A stretch of 14,488 nucleotides of DNA from an archaeon (GTDB lineage: Archaea > SpSt-1190 > DYHY01), in assembly GCA_043803745.1 (NCBI GenBank), contig JAZDJS010000016.1, forward strand, positions 1 to 14,488, written 5' to 3'. Shown here one piece after another: positions 7,672 to 14,329 of the stretch (position 1 is its first letter; each line of letters begins with the position of its first letter). The notes beneath the pieces are model-generated. The model worked only from the letters and a program-made list of their open reading frames with translations, did no database searches and was not told the origin of the DNA. The translations under genes were made by a program, and so were the position numbers.

Positions 7672-8289
7672 ATGGACGCATCAAGAGACAAGTCAGAGTA
7701 TTTGGACGCTATCTGGATCAACACCCTAAGGCAGCTTGCCCCCGGGGCGGCAGCAAGGCCGATTATTGAAAACGCCTGGAAGCTTGGGAACGGCGAATCC
7801 TGCCTTTCATATGCTGAAGCTAGGGATTTTTCAAACAGATATCTTCCGGAGGGAACTGGCAGGGAAGCTCTTGCAAAGGCAACGGGCCTTGACGAACGGC
7901 TGCTTGAGCCAAGCCTCGCCTCCCTTGAAGCTTTCCTTGGGAAAACAGAACAGGCAGCTGAAGTTGTCTGCAGGCTTGACACCCTTCAAAAAAAGGATGA
8001 AACTGCGCAATCGCGGGATTTCGCATGGGCGAATCTTGCCGGAAAGCTTCAGGGACCTGCGAAAACTCTTGTCAATTATGCGGCGGACTTGGGATATCCG
8101 GACGCTGGCTATTCGCTTGCCTCCGCCGCAAGTTTCGTGAAAAGCTATCTTTTGGGTGAACTTACCGCCAAAGGTATTTCCAAATATTCCGGAATCAGCG
8201 TTTCGGGCGTTGAGAACGGGATTAATTCAATCAAGGAGAGCGTTTTGCTAGCCTCAGAAATGGCTGGAAAAAGGGCTATCTTAGGATAA
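7672..8289 (+). CDS. Divergent TFB/TFIIB-like protein, cyclin core only (no Zn ribbon)
   Basis: Two segments follow the TFB cyclin-repeat register: YLDAI...ARPIIENAWKLG-NGES...REALAKATGLDERLLEPSL and AKTLVNYAADLG...SLASAASFVKSYLLGELTAKGISKYSGISVSGVENGINSI. No CxxC pairs. ATG 7672 is preferred over TTG 7660. Confidence 0.6.
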   Translation: MDASRDKSEYLDAIWINTLRQLAPGAAARPIIENAWKLGNGESCLSYAEARDFSNRYLPEGTGREALAKATGLDERLLEPSLASLEAFLGKTEQAAEVVCRLDTLQKKDETAQSRDFAWANLAGKLQGPAKTLVNYAADLGYPDAGYSLASAASFVKSYLLGELTAKGISKYSGISVSGVENGINSIKESVLLASEMAGKRAILG

Positions 8290-8299
8290 TTATCTACCT

Positions 8300-8327
8300 A
8301 GAAGTGATAAATATATAAACCCAGGAA
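8300..8327 (+). promoter_or_regulatory. Extended TATA promoter, copy 2
   Basis: AGAAGTGATAAATATATAAACCCAGGAA, a near-copy of 7626-7653, followed by the SD-like AGGTGA at 8342-8347. Confidence 0.65.
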
Positions 8328-8348
8328 ACCCCATAGTACTTAGGTGAA

Positions 8349-8909
8349 ATGGAAATGAAAACCTCACTAGAATTGCTGAAAAGCCCCCTTCCAGGAATTG
8401 ATGCAACCAGAACTCAAATCTATCAAACTGCGGACGAAAAAAGAGGTTCTGTTGAATTACCCAAATATCTCTCAGAAGCTCAGGCAGACATTCTAGTTGA
8501 AACCGCAAGGAAGCACTACGATCTTAGGGGAAGTTTGTCAAGCGGAGCAGCGCTAGACCAAGCGCTGGCAAATTCAGTAACTTTTGAGAAATACACGGGA
8601 TACCTTGTTGACGCAATGGGTGGAACTGTGCCGGAAAGCCTTCAGAAACCGAAATATATGAATCCTATAGAAGCTAGCTTCAGAGGTTTTGTGGATATGG
8701 CTGAACTTGGCCAAGGCGGAACAATTCCGAGCGGGACTCTTTTAACCAAATCGAAAGAACTTGCAAGAGGTATTCTGGGCAAGCTGAGAAAATACACCGA
8801 GGATGTTAAGCAAAGCCATGATGTGGCTGCTCTCGGAACTGAGCCGGTTATATCTCCGGAGGATGTCGGATACCCTGATGTTGACGCGCTGCTTAAGCGG
8901 AAAAAGTGA
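8349..8909 (+). CDS. Hypothetical protein (soluble, mostly helical)
   Basis: 186-aa ORF with its own TATA box and an AGGTGA RBS. Spacing favours the second ATG at 8355. No family recognised. Confidence 0.8.
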   Translation: MEMKTSLELLKSPLPGIDATRTQIYQTADEKRGSVELPKYLSEAQADILVETARKHYDLRGSLSSGAALDQALANSVTFEKYTGYLVDAMGGTVPESLQKPKYMNPIEASFRGFVDMAELGQGGTIPSGTLLTKSKELARGILGKLRKYTEDVKQSHDVAALGTEPVISPEDVGYPDVDALLKRKK

Positions 8910-8961
8910 ACCCGCCGATAGCCAACCTAATTAAACCCGCGAAAAGCAGCTGAAAAATCAC

Positions 8962-9411
8962 ATGCCAATCTCAGACTTTTGCAGAAGAATCCAGGTCAGG
9001 CTTCCGGTGATAAACATTTCCGGGTATGATGGAACTGCCCGGGTTGAGCTTGTTGAGCGGGGCCTTTCTGAAGAGAAAAAAGTTTATCTCCCTGTAAAAG
9101 CCAGCAAGGAAAGAGCAGAACTGCGGCAACGCATTCCATTCGAAGCGAAAACAATTGGAGGAACGGATTCCTATCTTGTTCCGCTTGAGCACAACGAGAC
9201 GAACTATTTCGCGACAATCGGCGGGAAACGGTACCGAGTCGGAGCAAGCAATGTGGAAGAGGCCGGGCTTGCTGTGCCGGTTCTTGAAGACCCCCTATTG
9301 AAAGGGGTCCGGCTTTCTCCGGAAAGCGTTTTGTATCAGTCAATTTTGCCAGAAGAATCCGCTGGCCGGGACTTGCTTCTTGAGCAGGTTGGAAAAAGAG
9401 GAACGAACTAG
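8962..9411 (+). CDS. Hypothetical protein (beta-rich)
   Basis: 149-aa ORF that fills the gap, with an ATTAAA TATA-like element at 8930-8935. No family recognised. Confidence 0.7.
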   Translation: MPISDFCRRIQVRLPVINISGYDGTARVELVERGLSEEKKVYLPVKASKERAELRQRIPFEAKTIGGTDSYLVPLEHNETNYFATIGGKRYRVGASNVEEAGLAVPVLEDPLLKGVRLSPESVLYQSILPEESAGRDLLLEQVGKRGTN

Positions 9412-9441
9412 CAGGCAATTTCATTAGCCTTTGAACAGGCC

Positions 9442-11520
9442 CTACTTCCCCACTTTCCTCGATTTCTCGATTCTATCCGCAAGCATCCGCGCGAGACCTT
9501 CCGCATTCCCGGATTCGACCCCGTCAATATGGCAGAGGTTCGAGGAAACGCCTGTCACGGTAGTAATCCAGATGTCGTGCAGCCCGAACAAAACGTCGAA
9601 ATAATCCCGGTCAGCATAGACGGTCTGGATGTTCCGGTAGGGGACCACAATCTCGCTCCAGCCGAAAACCCCCTTCCGGACGACAAGAACCTGCCCGTTT
9701 TCGTCATACCAGTATTTCCTATAGTATTCCTTCTCGTAGAGATAGACTGCCAGGGCAGCCCCCAAGAAAAGGAGGAAAGCGAAACTTGCCGGGGCAACCG
9801 GAGCCCAGTTCCCTTCAAGGATTCCGGAGAGGATTGAGAGCAGGAAAATCCCCTTGAAAACAACTGCCGGGAAAGCCAAGAATGCGGCAGTTTTCTTAAG
9901 CGGCTTTTTCCCGGAGAGCGCAGCAATTTCCCGAAGCGGCTTTTTTCCCGCCGGATAGCTAACATTCATCCGCTTCAAAATCTCCCCTCTGAGCTTCAGC
10001 GCGTCAGTCAGGGAAATTGAGTTTATCGACTCAAGCATCCCCTGGGCTGAGGTTGCATGCTGCCCGTGCTTGTCAGTGTAAACCTCCTTTGAGCCGGTCT
10101 CGAAGGAAACCGAGCATATCCCAAAGAAGCTCTGGAGGGTTCCGCAGTTTATCCTCACATCTTGGATCTTGTCATACCGGATTGTTTTCGTGTTCCTTGA
10201 AATGAAGTTAAGCCCAGTCACAATCCCGCTTTCCGAAATCCCGTAGAAAACGCCGATTTCGCTTACTGCAGCTGCAATAATTGAGAAGAGCGCGATTGTC
10301 AGGGAAAGCCCGAGCCAGAGCCCGAAGATAATCAGGTTTACGTAAAGCACATCAAAGCCCCGAATTGGCCTGAATAACCCGATGAAAACCGCAGCAAGAA
10401 TTGCAATTGCAAGGAGGATTCCCGAGGCGAATGCGCTCCCGAGGAGGCCGTCAAGGAAGAACCTGTGCTTGAATTTGCGGGTTGCGTCCGAAAGTATTGC
10501 GGCGGTTTCCTCCTCGGCTTTCGCATCGCCCTTTGCAGTCCCGCCATTAATCCGCATGTTTTTCCGCAGTATTTTCCTGATTTCCTCGGAATCTCCCTTT
10601 GAAAGCAGGGGAAGCATTGTCGTCAGAGCCGACTCATATGACATTGACTTTACCACAATTGTTGAAAGGTCGAAAAGCCGGTCAAGGAAGCCCTCCTTAA
10701 GCTCAGTATCCTGGATGTTCTGGTAGAAGACGAAGCTTTCGGAAGGGGTTATCCAGCCTCGTTTCACTTTTATCCCGTCGGAAAGGACCCCATATGATAT
10801 TGCGCCAAGCTCCATTTTGGTTACAAAGATTGCAACCGGAATCGCAAGCAAAGCTATCACAAGCCCCGCAGCAGGGAAAAGAATGACGAGGCTGTAGAAG
10901 AAAAAGACCGCGGTGAAGACAATGCCAAGCCCTGCCGAGATAAGCTGCCTGTAGAAAGCCCGCGAGCCGGCAGGCTTGAACGTCTTCTCGGGCAAAAGGC
11001 TGCTTCCTGCTTCGCGAATCCCCTTCGAGCCGGAAATCCCGCTCTTGAGTATTCTTTTCAGGTTCTCCATTGTCCCGAGGGAAAGCCCGTCAATGTGGGA
11101 GAGGTTCCCGGAGGTCTGGGAAGCTGCCGAGAAATGCAGGTCATAGAGGCCGAGAATCCTGTCAAGGAGGTCCTGGTCGGAATAGATGTCGGATATTTTC
11201 CCAAGGGGTATTGAGCCGGAGCTTGGGAAGAAAACCCCCTTTTTCACCCGGAGGGCATTCCCGTCAAGCCCGTAATAATATTTCCTGTAATATTCGCTTG
11301 ACCAGTAATAGAGGAAGCCTATTGAGCCAAGCCCAAGAACTAGTCCAATCAAGCCAAGGAAAATCCAAACTCCTCCAGCCGCAAGCCCGCCAATTGTTGT
11401 TGCGCCAGTAAGCCAGAAAGCCAAAAATCCGACAATCGAAAGCTTCTCAAGGAACTTTTTCCAGATCTTCTTCCGGTCAAGCGGATATTCTACGCTCAGT
11501 TCCCGATTTTCCATCTTCAT
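9442..11520 (-). CDS. Membrane protein with four bacterial PH (bPH_2/DUF304) domains, YdbT-like
   Basis: Four repeats of TM hairpin + Y..(K/R)GxF...(I/V)PY..IQD....D.(L/F)FG. Alternative start GTG 11529 overlaps the upstream stop. Confidence 0.88.
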   Translation of the reverse strand: MKMENRELSVEYPLDRKKIWKKFLEKLSIVGFLAFWLTGATTIGGLAAGGVWIFLGLIGLVLGLGSIGFLYYWSSEYYRKYYYGLDGNALRVKKGVFFPSSGSIPLGKISDIYSDQDLLDRILGLYDLHFSAASQTSGNLSHIDGLSLGTMENLKRILKSGISGSKGIREAGSSLLPEKTFKPAGSRAFYRQLISAGLGIVFTAVFFFYSLVILFPAAGLVIALLAIPVAIFVTKMELGAISYGVLSDGIKVKRGWITPSESFVFYQNIQDTELKEGFLDRLFDLSTIVVKSMSYESALTTMLPLLSKGDSEEIRKILRKNMRINGGTAKGDAKAEEETAAILSDATRKFKHRFFLDGLLGSAFASGILLAIAILAAVFIGLFRPIRGFDVLYVNLIIFGLWLGLSLTIALFSIIAAAVSEIGVFYGISESGIVTGLNFISRNTKTIRYDKIQDVRINCGTLQSFFGICSVSFETGSKEVYTDKHGQHATSAQGMLESINSISLTDALKLRGEILKRMNVSYPAGKKPLREIAALSGKKPLKKTAAFLAFPAVVFKGIFLLSILSGILEGNWAPVAPASFAFLLFLGAALAVYLYEKEYYRKYWYDENGQVLVVRKGVFGWSEIVVPYRNIQTVYADRDYFDVLFGLHDIWITTVTGVSSNLCHIDGVESGNAEGLARMLADRIEKSRKVGK

Positions 11521-11525
11521 GCCAA

Positions 11526-12071
11526 TCACTCCGCAAGCCCCCTGTGTTTTTCAGCAAGGTCAAGAATCTCCTTCTTCAGGGTTTCGGCAAGCCTGAGGGG
11601 GACCATTGGGACGGATGTCCCGGAAGCCGGGGTCGAGATATGCAGGGTTGCCGTTCCGGTGAGCTTCTCGAAAAGGCCCTCCGAAAGCTGGACATCCTGG
11701 ATGTTCTCATAGGGAATCAGGGAATGCGTCTTGAGGATAGTCCCCTGCCTGGTGTAAACGAACTCCCGCTGGAGCGAGAACCTGTAATTCCTCCTGAAAC
11801 CGAAGCATTCAATTGCCGAAAGAGCCGCAAGCGGGAGGAAAACCGCAAGGAAAAGCACTAGTGCGAAAGGGCCAAGAATTCCGAAATCCAATTTTGGTCC
11901 CGAAAGCAGGTAATGGGGGAGCCCGGCAAGCCCGACGACAACCGCAGCCCCTATCGCGCTTGCCCAGACAAGGCTGAGAAAAAGGAAAAACATCCCGACC
12001 GAGACGAACCAGTGCGGGGTCACGATTGTCTTTTCCGATTCCTTGAAAAGGATTTCTCCGGATTTTCCCAT
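11526..12071 (-). CDS. Membrane protein with one bPH_2 domain, YdbS-like
   Basis: Two TM helices, then YRFSL...RQGTILKTHSLIPYENIQDVQLSEGLFEKLTGTATLHISTPA. Confidence 0.88.
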   Translation of the reverse strand: MGKSGEILFKESEKTIVTPHWFVSVGMFFLFLSLVWASAIGAAVVVGLAGLPHYLLSGPKLDFGILGPFALVLFLAVFLPLAALSAIECFGFRRNYRFSLQREFVYTRQGTILKTHSLIPYENIQDVQLSEGLFEKLTGTATLHISTPASGTSVPMVPLRLAETLKKEILDLAEKHRGLAE

Positions 12072-12173
12072 TATCTGCAGGAACCTCCCGGCCCTTTAAT
12101 TCATTTTCCAACCGGGAGTTCCCGGGAGAACGGGCGGGAAAAGCTTTAAACCCAGAGAAATGTCCATTCTGGA

Positions 12174-13406
12174 ATGGCAATAAATGTCACGATAATAGAC
12201 CATCATAGGACTGGAGGAAGGGAGCTCAAAAAAGAATGGGCCCCTTCTGAAGGGTTTTCTGTCCCAGAACTTGCCGACGATTCGGCGGTCAGGGAAAAAG
12301 TCTGGGAACACATTGACCCGGAGAGAAACAGGCCCGACCTTGTTATTGGCGACACTGACCCGGACGGCCTCTCTTCCCTTGCTCTCTATAGCCTCCTATT
12401 TTCCCCTCCTTCGGAAAGGCCAAGGATGGTTTCGACAAGAAGGAACCTTGACTCTGGCTGGCTTTCCGGGCTTGGACTTACGGGGGACGGAAGAATCCTT
12501 GAGTTTGACAGGTATATGATTTACTATACCAACTATTCCAAGCCCCCCGGATTCTTCGGGAAAGTCACCCTCCTGAATCCGACAGTTTCCGGAATGTCTG
12601 ACCGGTTCTGCGGGACTAACATCGTATATCAGGCTGTCTTGCCGCACATTCCAGAGAATCTCCGGGAAACTGCCCTGACGGTTGCGGCAATTGGGGTTGC
12701 TTCAGATTACGGGGCAAGCTCCCCCCAAGGGGATGCCGTTCTCCGGGAGTTCGCAGGGGAATATGCCGATTGCGTCCCGAAGCTTTCCGCCCTTTTCGAA
12801 CGGGGAGGGAAGGTAACTGACCAGCAAGTAATGGCAACTGAGATGGGCCGGCTCTCGGACATTTTCTGGGCGCCCCTGGTTATTACCGGGGATGACGGTT
12901 CCTACAAGTCAGCTGGGCTAATTGCAGACAACCCGGGCTTTTCAGTCCGGGACCTTCTCCGAAATGAAGGTTCGGGAAATCCGGCAGTTGCCCACTTTAG
13001 GCAATATGAGCAGCTCCTTGAAGCTGAGATGAGACGCGAGCTTGCTTCCTTTGGAAGAAACGCCAAATTCGTTCACGACCCCGCAAATCCGGATGAAGGG
13101 ATAATATTCCATGTAATGGAATCGCAATACCCGCTCCTAGGCTCCCTTATTTCAACAAGGGTTTCAGACAAATTCCCGGGCTATGTTGTTGCCTGGGGCA
13201 ACTGGAGACCTGACGGAACCCTGGGATATTCCCTGCGAAGACAAGTTGACAGCCGGACCGGAGTAAACCTCGGTGCAATTGCTTCCGAAATGGGCTTTGG
13301 CGGGGGGAGTCCTTCCGGCGCAGGCGCAAGGGGGATAACGGACCGGGAGACATTCGAAACCGAGTTTGCCAGAAGAGTCTATGCTTCCGAAGGGAAATTG
13401 GCGTGA
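12174..13406 (+). CDS. DHH/DHHA1 family phosphoesterase (RecJ/NrnA-like) with rearranged motif order
   Basis: IIDHH (aa 7-11), GDTDPDG (59-65), ILEFD (108-112), NP...GTNIVY, AAIGVASD and C-terminal YSLR...VNLG...GGGSPSGAGA. TTTAAA at 12145-12150. Confidence 0.85.
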   Translation: MAINVTIIDHHRTGGRELKKEWAPSEGFSVPELADDSAVREKVWEHIDPERNRPDLVIGDTDPDGLSSLALYSLLFSPPSERPRMVSTRRNLDSGWLSGLGLTGDGRILEFDRYMIYYTNYSKPPGFFGKVTLLNPTVSGMSDRFCGTNIVYQAVLPHIPENLRETALTVAAIGVASDYGASSPQGDAVLREFAGEYADCVPKLSALFERGGKVTDQQVMATEMGRLSDIFWAPLVITGDDGSYKSAGLIADNPGFSVRDLLRNEGSGNPAVAHFRQYEQLLEAEMRRELASFGRNAKFVHDPANPDEGIIFHVMESQYPLLGSLISTRVSDKFPGYVVAWGNWRPDGTLGYSLRRQVDSRTGVNLGAIASEMGFGGGSPSGAGARGITDRETFETEFARRVYASEGKLA

Positions 13407-13424
13407 GAACCTGAGAAGGTCCCC

Positions 13425-13820
13425 TCACTTTTTCCTGTGTTCCTCTTCCTCAGCCTTGTCAGCTTCCTTCTTCGTCTTGTGGATGGTCCCGTCAGGGTGG
13501 TTCGGCGGGGAGTAGATAGTGTACAGTTTCATTTCGCCCCGTCCGGAATTGATTATGTTGTGCCAGGTTCCCGCCTGGACAATTACCGCATCCCCGTCGC
13601 CTGCGACAACAGACCTTTTCCCGTTGTCAAGGACAAACTTTGCCTTTCCCTGCTCGATCCTGAAGAACTGGTCAACGTTCCCGTGGACCTCGTTCCCAAT
13701 CTCCTCTCCAGCCTTCAGGCACATCACGACTAGCTGCGCACGCTTTCCTGTGAAAAGCACCTTCCTGAAATACTTGTTCTTCAAAGTCTCCTTCTCAATA
13801 TGCCCTGAATATCCTGCCAT
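13425..13820 (-). CDS. Cupin domain protein (Cupin_2, ManC-like)
   Basis: NKYFRKVLFTG...QLVVM.LK.GEEIG.EVH..VDQFFRIEQG...GTWHNIIN...KLYTIYSPPNHPDGTIH. ATG 13820 has a TTATAA box about 25 nt upstream; the ORF track extends to 13955. Confidence 0.92.
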   Translation of the reverse strand: MAGYSGHIEKETLKNKYFRKVLFTGKRAQLVVMCLKAGEEIGNEVHGNVDQFFRIEQGKAKFVLDNGKRSVVAGDGDAVIVQAGTWHNIINSGRGEMKLYTIYSPPNHPDGTIHKTKKEADKAEEEEHRKK

Positions 13821-13973
13821 GACAGCTTCCCAAATTTCCCGCTTATAACTTTGCCGTCCTCGCAGCTGGCTCGGACATAACATTTTAAAGACCGGAAAGG
13901 CATTCTTTCCGTGCCGGCGGTGGCTGAGCCCACAGGCAAAGTCAGGCTGACGCAATCAGACGGCAGGAAAGGT

Positions 13974-13998
13974 GTGCCAGCGTGGCAGATCGGCTATG
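13974..13998 (+). repeat. 25-bp exact direct repeat of the tRNA-Cys 5' end (att-like)
   Basis: GTGCCAGCGTGGCAGATCGGCTATG is identical to 14185-14209. Confidence 0.9.
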
Positions 13999-14001
13999 AC
14001 C

Positions 14002-14022
14002 TGAAACTTTATGAAAGTTTCA
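14002..14022. repeat. Perfect inverted repeat (9-bp arms, 3-nt spacer)
   Basis: TGAAACTTT-ATG-AAAGTTTCA. Confidence 0.85.
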
Positions 14023-14029
14023 TCAAAGA

Positions 14030-14050
14030 GCATGTTCGCTACGAACATGC
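14030..14050. repeat. Perfect inverted repeat (9-bp arms, 3-nt spacer)
   Basis: GCATGTTCG-CTA-CGAACATGC. Confidence 0.85.
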
Positions 14051-14186
14051 GGGGCCAAAGAAAGCCGCGATGTCAGGCGGGACAGACAGACAAACGAAGG
14101 AAGATGCCAGCGTGGTTGAGCCAAGAACAACCTTTATATTCGCGAAATCAAGATGGCACCTAGACAAAACGAGCAATTGAACAAGT

Positions 14187-14260
14187 GCCAGCGTGGCAGA
14201 TCGGCTATGCATCCGACTGCAGATCGGATTAGCCCGGTTCAACTCCGGGCGCTGGCTCCA
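14187..14260 (+). tRNA. trnC: tRNA-Cys (anticodon GCA), intronless, CCA encoded
   Basis: Acceptor GCCAGCG/CGCTGGC, D arm GCA/TGC, anticodon arm TCCGA-CT GCA GA-TCGGA, T arm CCCGG-TTCAACT-CCGGG, U73 discriminator (Cys identity) and CCA. TTTATAT at 14133-14139 upstream and a T-tract at 14276-14280. Confidence 0.96.
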
Positions 14261-14284
14261 CCATACTTAGTTGGGTTTTTCGCC

Positions 14285-14314
14285 AATAGGTGTAAAATTT
14301 TATAAACACCTGTT
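14285..14314 (+). promoter_or_regulatory. Operator-like inverted repeat flanking a TATA box
   Basis: AATAGGTGT-N12-ACACCTGTT (one mismatch) surrounds TTTTATAAA (14298-14306), about 24 nt before ATG 14330. Confidence 0.65.
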
Positions 14315-14329
14315 AACTACTCTTTACAT

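Noticed and set aside
13931-13956. CACAGGCAAA...GACGCAA resembles the c-di-GMP-I (GEMM) riboswitch core
   Set aside because: The long GNRA-capped stem and the second stem with the tetraloop receptor are absent, so the match is too short.
13911-14209. Possible CRISPR array
   Set aside because: The repeats are tRNA 5' sequence of unequal identity with irregular spacing (63, 130 and 81 bp), and there are no cas genes in the window.
13911-14242. ORFs 13911-14180 (+) and 14039-14242 (-)
   Set aside because: They run through tRNA-derived repeats, palindromes, the tRNA promoter or the tRNA itself, and show no protein-like motifs.
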